Assembly (NCBI GenBank): GCA_035221665.1
Contig: CM069157.1
Location: 18,042,001 to 18,106,000, forward strand
Length of the DNA: 64,000 nucleotides
Direction of reading: 5' to 3'
From: Okamejei kenojei
Taxonomy: Eukaryota
The first letter of the stretch is position 1. Every line of letters begins with the position of its first letter. Below the pieces are notes generated by a model. The model saw only the letters and a list, made by a program, of their open reading frames with translations. It searched no databases and had not been told where the DNA came from. Of this stretch, positions 55,314 through 62,571 are shown piece by piece. The position numbers and the translations under genes are program-made.

Positions 55314-58300
55314 ACACACACATATATATTATACAGGGAGACAGGGAGACGTAGANNNNNNNNNNNNNNNNNNNNNNNNNNNNNNNNNNNNNNNNNNNNN
55401 NNNNNNNNNNNNNNNNNNNNNNNNNNNNNNNNNNNNNNNNNNNNNNNNNNNNNNNNNNNNNNNNNNNNNNNNNNNNNNNNNNNNNNNNNNNNNNNNNNNN
55501 NNNNNNNNNTCCTAAATGACTAATCCCACTGATTAATTGTGCTCTCCTACAAAAACAAGAGACATAAAAAATTGTAACTGCCTCAAACATGATGTGATGT
55601 TAAAATTGCAGTTCAACTACAGTCTTTCCAATGCAGCACAATTTAAAAATGCCTTAAAATAATTAGGAAGGGTTTGGGATTTGAACGGAGGCAATATTTC
55701 ATTGATGAATAAATCTCTATTATTAAAAGTTAGATGAACCTGTATTTGTGTGATTGCAAACATGCCATTCATTTCCTCAAGCAGCTCTTTTACTCCACAG
55801 GAGTGAGCCAGGTTAACGTATTTCATATCATTTTTCTCCATTTACTCTTGAATTTTTCATTTACTCTTGATAAATTCAATGTAATTCACATAATCCTCTT
55901 ACAGGAATATCCCTCTGAAGACACAGGACTTTCATGTGTCTACACAGCCAATGGAAGTTGTACATTACTGATGGCCTTGCAAGCAATTCTGTTAACAATG
56001 TGAAAATATTGATGCAGCGTAAGATTTTGTCCAAAGCAACAAAGATGTCCCAACTGAGTCAAAAACACTGGCTTAGCATTTGCATTGGGGCACTTCGTAT
56101 GTTCATGTACTTCAGTTTTAGTCAGCTTTTGTTGACAGTTGCTACTAATTACATGTGAATTGGGCATGTGGTACCAGTTTATCTATCTTCCTTGTTTCTT
56201 GCAATTTCTTCATGACTATCTTTCTCAGAGTACCATGCATGCTAATTTAATATGCTTGTATTTTTATGTAATGTTCACTTCTGATTAATCCAGATTTTTG
56301 TGCTGAGCTCTCTTGCATCCAGTTGATGACTTAATCTGATCTTGATTAAGACAAATCAAATAATTATTTTAAACAATGGTCAAGCCAATGAACATGAACT
56401 TGAGTTTGGCTTCTGATGTTGATTTGTGAGGAAACTAAATCTTGTCCCAAATCTGTGGTGAGAATAGAAATATTCAACCTCTCCCTTTTGCTCACACCCC
56501 GTAGTCCTAGCAACATCCTTGTAAATCTTCTCTGAAACCTTTCAAGCTTGACAATATATTTCATATAACATGGTGCCCAGAACTGAACCCAATATTCTAA
56601 ATGCGGTCTCACCAACATCTTATACAACTGCAACATGACCTCTCAACTTCTATACTCAATACTCTGACTGATGAAGGCCGATGTGCCAAAAGCCTTTTTG
56701 ACCACCTTATTAACCTGTGACTCGACCTTCAAGGAACCATGCACCTGCACTCCTAGATCCCTACTCTACAACACTCCCCAGAGGCCTATCATTCACTGTG
56801 CAGGTCCTGCCCTTGTTAGACATCCCCACATGCAACGCCGCACATTTCTCCGCATTAAATTCTATCCACCATTCCTCAGCCCACCTGGCCAATCGATCAA
56901 GATGAGAACATGGTGGATTTTGATTTGATGTAAAGGGGAGGTAATTTATTTTATTACTCGTGGAGAGGCCAGAAGAATATATCCCAAACAGTGGTAGAAT
57001 AAGCACACAATCTTATAGATCCATGGTGCTCCACCATTCCCTGCGCCTTACACTGGAAGTGGTCCAGTGAGCGACCCATTTCACAGTGATCTTCCCAGTT
57101 CATATCCTGTTAGACTGATAGAGTTACCAGTTTTGTGCATTCTCTACATTTTTCCTGGTGCTGCCTGAGAATTGTAGCACATTGTTGATTTTTCAGTTCC
57201 AAAACCACACTAAGATTCTTATTAGACTTGCTTAGTGTCCATGGTTACCTCATCGCCAGTGAAGCAAATAATTTTCTCATAGTTCTCAGTGGAGAGATGC
57301 CATTTATTTATTGTAATTCAACACTCCACAAAAAAAAAATGTTTTAACTAGCTCTTTTTTTAAGCAAAATGAAAGGTTTGAATACACTGTTATTAGACAA
57401 GCGTAACACCGAAACACTGAAGGAGTAACCGGGCTAGATAACCAAACACCTGGACAAAGAGGCAGCAAAGAAATAAAGCGAAAGTCAAAAAAGTTCAGGG
57501 AAAGTTCAACAGTGGCTGAATGGGAGATGCCAGAGAGTAATGGTGGATGGCTGTTTGTCAGGTTGGAAGCCGGTGACCAGTGGGGTGCCTCAGGGATCTG
57601 TGTTGGGTCCACTGTTGTTTGTCATGTACATCAATGATCTGGATGATGGGGTGGAAAATTGGATAAGTAAGTATGCAGATGATACTAAGATGGGTGGTGT
57701 TGTGGATAATGAGGTAGATTTTCAAAGTCTACAGAGAGATTTGGGCCATTTGGAAAAGTGGGCTGAAAGATGGCAGATGGAGTTTAATGCTGATAAGTGT
57801 GAAGTGCTACATCTTGGCAGGACAAATCAAAATAGGACGTACATGGTAAATGGTAGGGAATTGAGGAATGCTGTGGAACAGAGAGATCTAGGAATAACTG
57901 TGCATAGTTCCCTGAAGGTGGAATCGCATGTAGATAGGGTGGTAAAGAAAGCCTTTGGTGTGCTGGCCTTTATAAATCAGAGCATTGAATATAGAGTAGG
58001 GAAGTAATGTTTAGAATTGTACAAGGCATTGGTAAGACCAATTCTGGAGTATGGTGTACAATTTTGGTCGCCTAATTATAGGAAGGATGTCAACAAAATA
58101 GAGAGAGTACAGAGGAGATTTACTACAATGTTGCCTGGGTTCCAGCAACTCTGTTACAGAGAAAGGTTGAACAAGTTAGATCTTTATTCTTTGGAGCGCA
58201 GAAGGTTAAGGGGGGACTTGATTGAGGTCTTTAAAATGATGAAAGGGATAGACAGAGTTGACGTGGATAAGCTTTTCCCATTGAGGGTAGGGAAGAATCA

Positions 58301-61300
58301 AACAAGAGGGCATGACATGAGAATTATGGGACAGAAGTTTAGGGGTAATGTGAGGGGGAACTTCTTTACTCAGAGGGTGGTGGCTGTGTGGAATGAGCTT
58401 CCAGCAGAAGTGGTGGAGGCAGGATGGATTTTAACATTTAAAAGTAAAGTGGATAGGTATATGGACGGGAAGGAAATGGAGGGGTATGGTCTGAGTACAG
58501 GTAGATGGGACTAGGGGAAAACAAATGGTCGGCACGGACTGGAAGGGCCGAGAGGGCCTGTTTCCATGCTGTAATTGTTATATGGTTATATGGTTATAAA
58601 GAATCACAACACACAGGGACTTAGCAGCTAAAGGCCTGAATGCCAACATTGGGACAAACATAACAGCTGTTTTGTGGTGCAAAGATGCTCTCTTGAAAGC
58701 TCAGAATTTGCAAGCAAAATGTCAAAAGATCCAGTGGCCACTCAGGCAATCAATAAGCAGGCATGGTCAGGAGATGTACATTTTCCCCAAAGCTACTCTG
58801 CAGCTGGGAAACAGTTGTCAAGCCAACCACATTAGAAAAATGTTACAATAAAAATGACATGATGAATAGTTCATTCCCAGTTCACGACATTCTCCATTTC
58901 ATTCATATCGTTGCCGGGAAATGAGAGCAGACAGAAAAGCAAACAGTGGGCTGAGAAAGTGAAAAGAGTCCTTGAAGAAGCTAACTTCTTCTGAATCTCT
59001 CTCACAGGGTCAAGGATGACATGCTTTAAGGTACTGAGAAACAGAAGACACCTACATGCTCTCCATTTTATTGTGGGGTTAGTGTTCCACTCCCACACTA
59101 CCAGAGAGTCTCAGCAGAGGAAGATCTTGATCTTATGGCAAGGAGATCAAACAAACGGTCTCTGTTCTCATGTACACATGTGGATAGCTATGCATATGTG
59201 CAGGGAAAATTATTTTATCTGCTCTTTCTTCCCTGGCTGCGCTCTCTCATCCTCCTTCATCCTGATCCCATCTCCTAACTGCCTCCCTTAGAGTGCAGGA
59301 TGGAACTGCAGATGCTAATTTATATCAAAGATAGACACAAAATGCTGGAGTAACTCAACAGGTCAGGCTGCAGCTCTAGAGAAAAAAAAGTCTGAAGAAG
59401 GGTTTTGACCTGAAACATCACCAATTATTTTTCTCTAACCAAATGCTGCCTGTCCCCGCTTAGTTGCTCCAGCATTTTGCATCTGCCTCCCTTAGTCCTC
59501 TTTTCCCAGCTGCTCCTCCCCCTTCATCCACCCATGACCTTCCTCCATTCTCCAGCTGCCATGCATGCCATCTCTCAGCTTGATGTTATTTTCCACTCGA
59601 CCCCCACATTTTCCCAGTTTCTCTCTTTGAGCACACCCCGGCTGCCAATGGTCCTCATCCCTCAGGTTGACTTCAGCAGTGGCCTGCAGCCCAACCCTGG
59701 CTCCGTTGGAAACCTTGGCAACGCCTTCAGCTGCCCTCCCTGGTGCCTTGCAGTCAGGCTGGTGACGGCTGGGAGTGGGTTTAACTTTAAACATAAAACT
59801 TACGATGAAATATTCTTTCTTTGTAGAAATATTTGTATTGTTGTCACTCCAATCATAGGCCAATTCTTCCTCCTCCTTTTCATTTAGCCAAATAAGCTCA
59901 GTTGTCACATTTGATACAAAACTGTGCAAACTTAACAAGTGTCTCAAACGCAGCCTTGATGTTTCCTGAGGAAGAAAAATAAAGGGTTACATACTGACCA
60001 TAGAACAAGGGTTAGAGTCATAGTGATACAGTATGGAAACAGGCCCTTCAGCCCAACTTGCCCATACCAGCCAACATGTCACAGCTACACTAGCCCCATC
60101 TGCCCGCATTTGGTCCATATCCTTCCAAACCTGTCCTATCCATGTACCTGTCTAACTGTTTCATAAATATTGGGATAGTCCCTGCCTCATCTACATCCTC
60201 TGGCAGCTTGTTCTATTCACCCACCACCCCTTGTGTTAAAAAGTTACCCCTCAGATTCCTATTAAATCTTTTCCCCTTCACTTTAAACCTATGCCCTCTG
60301 GTCCTTGATTCACCTACTCTGGGAAAGAGACTCCGTGCACCTACCCAACCTATTGCTCTCATGATCTTATAGACCGCTATAAGATCACCACTCATCCTCC
60401 TGTGCTCCAAGGAATAGAGTCCCGGCCTACTCAACTTCTCCCTATAGCTCAGACCCTCCAGTCCTGGCAACATCCTCGTAAATTTTCACAATACTCAGGT
60501 CTCACTACATCTTATACAACTGCAACATGACCTCCCAACTTCCATACTCAATACTCTGGTTGATGAAGGCCAACATACCAAAAGCTTTCTTGACCACCCG
60601 ATCTACCTGCGACTCCACCTTCAAGGAACTATGCACCGGCGCTCCTAGAACCTTCTGCACTACAACACTATACAGAGCCCTGCCATTTACTGTGTATGTC
60701 CTGCCCATGTTAGACTTCCCAAAATGCAGCACCTCAAATTTCTCTGCATGAAATTCCATCAACCTTTGCTCAGCCCACTTGGCCAATTGATCGAGATCCC
60801 ACTGCAATTTTTCACAACCATCTGCACTATTTTCAAAACTACGCACTTTTGTATCATCTGCAAACTTGATAATCTTGTCATGTATGTTCCCATCCAAATC
60901 ATTGATGACAAACAGTAATGGGACCAGTAATGGGCCCAGCATCGAACCTGAGGCACACCACTAGTCACGGGCCTCCAGTTCGAGAAGCAACCTTCCACCA
61001 CCTCCATCTGCTTCCTTCCAAGGATGGGTTGAAGAAATGAAGGGTTGTATCAAGTAACTAAATTGAAATGTTGGTGGGATTGTTTGCACAGTGGTTAATA
61101 CTGCTGCTCAGAGCTCCAGGGGCCCAGTTTAAACTCAACTCTGCATGTTTGCAGAGGACTTTGGACTGCATGTTCTCCTTTGATCAAATTTCTTCTGGCT
61201 TCCTCCCCCCCTCCTAAAGATGTGCTGGTAGCTTAACTGGCAACTGTAAAGTATCCCTTAATAATATAGGAAGTGGCAGTAAAATCAAATGGAAGTTGAT

Positions 61301-62571
61301 GGATACACTTGAGAATGAAATTGCTGGGAAAATAGCAGAGGGGGAATGAAAGTGATGGGATTGATCTGCTGCGAACCAACGCAGAGCTGATGGACCAAAT
61401 AGCCTCCTTCCATGTCAGAATAAGTTGAAATCGCATGGACTCAGAGTCATAGTGTCAGACAGCGTGGAAACCAGCCCTTCAACCCAACTTGCCCACAATG
61501 ACCAACATGTCCCATCTACACTAGTCCCACCTGTCTGCGTTTGGCCTATATTCCTCTAACCCTGTCCTGTCCATGTCTAAATGTTTCTTAAACATTGCAA
61601 TAGTACCAGCCTCAACTACCTCTTCTGGTAACTTGTTCCATACCCCCGCCACCCTTTGCGTGAAAACGTTACCCCTCAGGTTCCTATTAAATCTTATCCC
61701 CATCACTTTAAACCTATGTCCTCTGTTTCTCGATTCCCCAACTAAATGATGCTCATATAAAATAAAATGTTCACAATAAAATGCAACTGCACGTATTAGA
61801 TGAATTAAAAAGGTAAATGAAAGTTCTTTGTCAGCAACATTTTTTGAATATGGAATATATTAACTTCAAGGTTTAAAGGTCAACGTTTCAAGGTCAGTTT
61901 ATTGTCACATGTACCAATTAAGGTACAGTGAGATTAACTTTCAATTATTTTAAAAATATTGCTTCCAACCATTATTCCTCACGTATTTTGATTGGTGTCA
62001 ATGCATTGTCTTTGTCAAAGTACAGAGGTTAATTCCCCATTCTCAATCTATTGTAATTTAGAAGTACAATTGGTTAAATAGATAAAATTAATTATATTTT
62101 TAAACTACATAAATAGATCTTTTGAATGCGCATTGACAGTGCAGAAACTGAACTAGATATGTTACAGAATTTTATACAAACCAACTCAAATAAACCGGGA
62201 CTAACATAAATGCATTATATTGCTTAAGGGATTGAAGAACAGGTCTGCTTTGTTTCAACAAAGATGTGCTTCAAAACAATGAGCACAGTTTGTACCAAAG
62301 GATCATTCAAGTGAAAATGTTTTATTCTGCTCTGATTTAATTTAATTATCTTTATTGACAGGATTTGATCGGACAACTGATAGCTTTTAATACTTGTGAA
62401 TGAAAAGGTTATTTGCTTTAGTGCCCTTAAAACATTGTGCACTTACTGCCTATTTATAAAGAAACAATTGGATACTTCAACTGATTAACTTACCAGTAGC
62501 TTGAGGTATTGTACTTCCAGTTTACTTAGCGTATCTGAATAACTGGTCTTGAAGTTTGAAGAGATTTGGCC
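1270..62571 (-). CDS. MACF1: Internal portion of microtubule-actin cross-linking factor 1 (spectraplakin); 26 coding exons; gene continues beyond both window ends
   Basis: Exons have AG/GT boundaries with matching phases. Peptides [69 protein letters not shown] and IFLAKHG match recalled MACF1 better than DST/plectin. Confidence 0.93.
1628..1773 (+). mobile_element. Penelope-derived short element with minimal hammerhead motif
   Basis: CTGAAGA-AGGGTCTCAACCT-GAAACATC at 1642-1669; 16-bp TSD caaattcctgtagcct at 1612-1627 and 1774-1789. Confidence 0.75.
3010..3715. mobile_element. Two CR1-type LINE 3' fragments (about 3010-3478 minus, 3490-3715 plus)
   Basis: [24 protein letters not shown] motif and CR1 3' UTR-like ends. 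Confidence 0.7.
3791..3940 (-). CDS. MACF1: Exon, spectrin-repeat rod ([20 protein letters not shown]...QSAIQ)
   Basis: ttgcag|ACG...CAG|gtttgt, 150 nt. Confidence 0.9.
5356..5521. mobile_element. Head-to-head Penelope-derived short element with hammerhead motif remnants
   Basis: Minus copy plus inverted GAAGAAGGGTCTCGACCCGAAATGTC; imperfect 18-bp TSD tcaagtgNNcggaaagtg at 5338-5355 and 5522-5539. Confidence 0.7.
5957..6193 (-). CDS. MACF1: Cassette exon, diverged (ELKG...[19 protein letters not shown]...ESKQ)
   Basis: ttgtag|GAG...CAG|gtttgg, 237 nt; resembles recalled human FDIQFFISEHAQDLSPQQ. Confidence 0.72.
6460..6780 (+). mobile_element. tRNA-derived V-SINE (HE1-like)
   Basis: tRNA-like head (GTTCGATCC), V-core GTGGAGTTTGCAGGTTCTCCCCGTG...GGTTTCCTCCGGGTGC, CR1-like tail GGGCCTGTTTCC. 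Confidence 0.8.
7110..7445 (+). mobile_element. Old DeuSINE (SacSINE1-like) remnant
   Basis: Degraded similarity to recalled Deu core and tail (gaagagaaggggaataatccc...gtcattt..attgctattt). Confidence 0.45.
7985..8230 (-). mobile_element. V-SINE (HE1-like)
   Basis: Reverse V-core gtgggaggaaaccagagcacccagaggaa and tail ggaaacaggc. Confidence 0.75.
9027..9536. mobile_element. Non-autonomous PIF/Harbinger-like DNA transposon (MITE)
   Basis: TIRs AGGGGCTGTCCCACTTG / CAAGTGGGACTGGCCCT, TTA on both flanks, internal CGACTA-like repeats. Confidence 0.75.
9940..10080 (+). mobile_element. 3' part of V-SINE
   Basis: tttgtaggttaattggcttc...gggcctgtttcc...ctaaactaaac tail. Confidence 0.7.
10216..10425 (-). 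CDS. MACF1: Cassette exon (GIEAELEKL...[17 protein letters not shown]...ATKK)
   Basis: tcttag|GGC...AAA|gtaagc, 210 nt; resembles recalled human VPAQLLKALEKDAKNLQ. Confidence 0.82.
10573..10803. mobile_element. Head-to-head Penelope-derived short element (long hairpin)
   Basis: Inverted arms centred on cttcttcag/ctgaagaag; 12-bp TSD caaa(t/g)cagaatt at 10561-10572 and 10804-10815. Confidence 0.75.
10867..11016 (-). CDS. MACF1: Cassette exon after PRD exon ([26 protein letters not shown]...LHVAK)
   Basis: caccag|CCT...AAG|gttagt, 150 nt; resembles recalled human CLEHDEKLVSYLSLL. Confidence 0.8.
11130..11550 (+). mobile_element. Degraded CR1-type LINE 3' fragment
   Basis: ccacacttggagtat (PHLEY) through gactagaaggcatagg (TRGH) motifs. 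Confidence 0.7.
11570..12265. mobile_element. Rex1/Babar-like 3' tail interrupted by a minus-strand CR1 3' end (11634-11993)
   Basis: caggttcaggaacagtttatttcc tail motif; ataatcat duplicated at both ends of the CR1 insert. Confidence 0.55.
12665..12855. mobile_element. Degraded head-to-head Penelope-derived short element
   Basis: gaagaagggtcccagcccaaaacatcacc...gagatgctgcctgac with inverted upstream arm. Confidence 0.65.
14757..19891 (-). CDS. MACF1: Giant plectin/plakin-repeat (PRD) exon of MACF1b type; main ORF ends at TAG 15440, 3' part in shifted frames
   Basis: ttccag|GAG acceptor at 19891. Two clusters of plakin repeats ([26 protein letters not shown]; [22 protein letters not shown]) at about 18740-19890 and 16100-17540. 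CAG|gtaagc donor at 14757 closes ORF 14685..15275. Confidence 0.88.
22180..22575 (+). mobile_element. CR1-type LINE 3' fragment
   Basis: Degraded C-terminal CR1 ORF2 and 3' UTR. Confidence 0.65.
23013..23119 (-). promoter_or_regulatory. Candidate internal promoter (TATAAA) and short non-coding first exon
   Basis: Minus-strand TATAAA at 23114-23119, consensus donor CTG|GTAAGT at 23013, repeat-poor surroundings. Confidence 0.35.
23545..23704. repeat. (TA)n and (CA)n microsatellites
   Basis: Seen directly. Confidence 0.9.
24631..24766 (-). CDS. MACF1: Exon preceding the PRD cassette ([16 protein letters not shown]...HEVQRK)
   Basis: tcacag|A...AAG|gtacac, 136 nt, phase 2-0. Confidence 0.92.
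24894..26169 (+). mobile_element. Tc1-family DNA transposon, IR-DR type, internally deleted and non-functional
   Basis: TA|CAGTGCCCTCC...GAGGGCACAG|TA; about 220-bp TIRs each with two CATAATGTTTGGGACA-like direct repeats; transposase remnants [32 protein letters not shown]. Confidence 0.92.
27751..28438 (+). mobile_element. Penelope-like retroelement 3' fragment (GIY-YIG endonuclease plus pLTR), nested in an old CR1
   Basis: Translates [34 protein letters not shown]...VAQHFN; followed by ccgaaacgtcgcc...gatgctgc...ctgagtttctccagc; the flanks rejoin to a CR1 YMDxSxAFD motif. Confidence 0.88.
28650..30303 (-). mobile_element. Young CR1/HER1-type LINE, 5'-truncated with internal deletion
   Basis: RT motifs [29 protein letters not shown]; (TTATATGG)n tail. 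Confidence 0.93.
31254..31342 (-). CDS. MACF1: Exon ([29 protein letters not shown])
   Basis: ttgtag|GTA...AG|gttggt, 89 nt, phase 0-2. Confidence 0.93.
33267..33419 (-). CDS. MACF1: Exon ([21 protein letters not shown]...SFSEQQ)
   Basis: gtttag|AAA...CAG|gtacgc, 153 nt. Confidence 0.93.
34255..34353 (-). CDS. MACF1: Exon, end of plakin region ([33 protein letters not shown])
   Basis: ctatag|TTC...GAG|gtaagt, 99 nt. Confidence 0.96.
34474..34581 (-). CDS. MACF1: Exon ([36 protein letters not shown])
   Basis: gcctag|GAT...GAG|gtgaga, 108 nt. Confidence 0.96.
34682..34765 (-). CDS. MACF1: Exon ([28 protein letters not shown])
   Basis: gtttag|GCT...AAG|gtaagc, 84 nt. Confidence 0.94.
35001..35217. 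mobile_element. Head-to-head Penelope-derived short element with near-intact hammerhead motif on the minus strand
   Basis: Minus strand CTGAAGAAAGGTCTCGACCCGAAACGTCACC (35056-35086); ttcaggca direct repeats at 34993-35000 and 35218-35225. Confidence 0.78.
35272..35434 (-). CDS. MACF1: Exon ([11 protein letters not shown]...WIEETT...LSEQLSQQM)
   Basis: catacag|A...ATG|gtagga, 163 nt, phase 2-0. Confidence 0.93.
35560..36375 (+). mobile_element. CR1-type LINE 3' fragments interrupted by a Penelope-derived tail
   Basis: [24 protein letters not shown] motifs. Confidence 0.8.
37219..38241 (+). mobile_element. 5'-truncated L1-clade LINE (ORF2 C-terminal Zn-finger region and 3' UTR)
   Basis: [10 protein letters not shown]...CDKC...H...C...W motif; AATAAA at 38219; A-rich tail; 15-bp TSD aaaaaaaatggaatc at 37204-37218 and 38242-38256. 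Confidence 0.88.
38272..38465 (-). CDS. MACF1: Exon (QWLGDVKDK...[12 protein letters not shown]...QIET)
   Basis: ttgcag|CAA...AG|gtcagt, 194 nt, phase 0-2. Confidence 0.94.
41029..41167 (-). CDS. MACF1: Exon ([25 protein letters not shown]...SVLQ)
   Basis: ttttag|G...CAG|gtacga, 139 nt, phase 2-0. Confidence 0.94.
41454..41632 (-). CDS. MACF1: Exon (HMQQEL...[15 protein letters not shown]...AYLD)
   Basis: ttacag|CAC...AA|gtgagt, 179 nt, phase 0-2. Confidence 0.94.
42023..42180 (-). CDS. MACF1: Exon ([22 protein letters not shown]...FRIAEQE)
   Basis: aaacag|AA...GAG|gttagt, 158 nt, phase 1-0. Confidence 0.93.
42995..43297 (-). mobile_element. V-SINE (HE1-like)
   Basis: Minus head GGCGGCACAGTGGCGCAGCGG...GATTCGATCCC, V-core and tail. 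Confidence 0.8.
43348..44520 (-). mobile_element. CR1-type LINE 3' portion
   Basis: [36 protein letters not shown]; (TCTATGAT)-type tail. Confidence 0.92.
45980..46800 (-). mobile_element. Degraded Rex1/Babar LINE reverse-transcriptase fragment
   Basis: [49 protein letters not shown]. Confidence 0.8.
47091..47274 (-). CDS. MACF1: Exon (IKTLEA...[12 protein letters not shown]...LLATMET)
   Basis: tttcag|ATT...ACG G|gtcagt, 184 nt, phase 0-1. Confidence 0.94.
47718..47844 (-). CDS. MACF1: Exon ([16 protein letters not shown]...TWNKDT)
   Basis: tttcag|A...ACT|gtacgt, 127 nt, phase 2-0. Confidence 0.94.
47910..48430 (+). mobile_element. CR1-type LINE 3' fragment
   Basis: ttggagagggtgcagagg (LERVQR), actagagggcatagc (TRGHS). 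Confidence 0.75.
48537..48691 (-). CDS. MACF1: Exon, plakin SH3 ([37 protein letters not shown]...)
   Basis: gacag|ATC...AG|gtaata, 155 nt, phase 0-2. Confidence 0.95.
49748..49900 (-). CDS. MACF1: Exon, start of plakin SH3 (DEKEQL...AICDYRQIE)
   Basis: ttgcag|GAT...GAG|gtatga, 153 nt. Confidence 0.95.
50340..50635 (-). mobile_element. V-SINE (HE1-like)
   Basis: Minus head GGTGGCACAGTGGTGCAGCTGGTAGAGCTGCTGCC and V-core. Confidence 0.75.
51017..51202. mobile_element. Tigger/pogo-like MITE
   Basis: Imperfect TIRs CAGGTGCTCCCCGATTTACGATG / CATCGTAGGTCGAGGACTAGCTG followed by TA. Confidence 0.65.
52159..52284 (-). CDS. MACF1: Exon ([16 protein letters not shown]...LEDLLQDSM)
   Basis: ttgcag|TTT...ATG|gtatgg, 126 nt. 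Confidence 0.94.
52967..53062 (-). CDS. MACF1: Exon ([32 protein letters not shown])
   Basis: tttcaag|GCA...CAG|gtaaaa, 96 nt (AAG acceptor). Confidence 0.93.
53690..54023. mobile_element. Non-autonomous PIF/Harbinger-like MITE with long TIRs
   Basis: TTA|AGGGCCTGTCCCAC...GTGGGACAGGCCCT|TTA; inverted arms of about 95 bp. Confidence 0.82.
54687..54791 (-). CDS. MACF1: Exon, plakin domain ([10 protein letters not shown]...SHPARQTVE)
   Basis: ctgtag|GAC...GAG|gtaatt, 105 nt. Confidence 0.93.
55239..55311. repeat. (TG)n microsatellite
   Basis: Seen directly. Confidence 0.95.
55356..55509. other. Assembly gap (N run)
   Basis: Run of n. Confidence 0.99.
56474..56900 (-). mobile_element. CR1-type LINE fragment
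   Basis: [23 protein letters not shown] motifs. Confidence 0.85.
57505..58598 (+). mobile_element. Young CR1/HER1-type LINE 3' portion, near-identical to 28650-29745
   Basis: Nearly the same peptides as ORF 28938..29798; (TTATATGG)n tail. Confidence 0.93.
59292..59482. mobile_element. Head-to-head Penelope-derived short element with hammerhead motif
   Basis: CTGAAGAAGGGTTTTGACCTGAAACATCACC at 59392-59422; 13-bp TSD ctgcctcccttag at 59279-59291 and 59483-59495. Confidence 0.78.
59804..59965 (-). CDS. MACF1: Exon, plakin domain ([10 protein letters not shown]...STKKEYFI)
   Basis: cctcag|GAA...ATC|gtaagt, 162 nt. Confidence 0.95.
60015..61015 (-). mobile_element. CR1-type LINE 3' portion
   Basis: [29 protein letters not shown]. 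Confidence 0.88.
61440..61742 (-). mobile_element. CR1-type LINE 3' end
   Basis: [19 protein letters not shown] motif and 3' UTR. Confidence 0.85.
62494..62571 (-). CDS. MACF1: Exon, plakin domain ([26 protein letters not shown])
   Basis: tctttacag|GGC...CTG|gtaagt, 78 nt, phase 0-0. Confidence 0.9.

Noticed and set aside
55219-55590. ORFs spanning the gap
   Set aside because: Artefacts of (TG)n and the N run.
1270-62571. Assignment as DST/BPAG1 or plectin
   Set aside because: Diagnostic residues ([38 protein letters not shown]) follow MACF1; spectrin-rod exons after the PRD exon exclude plectin.
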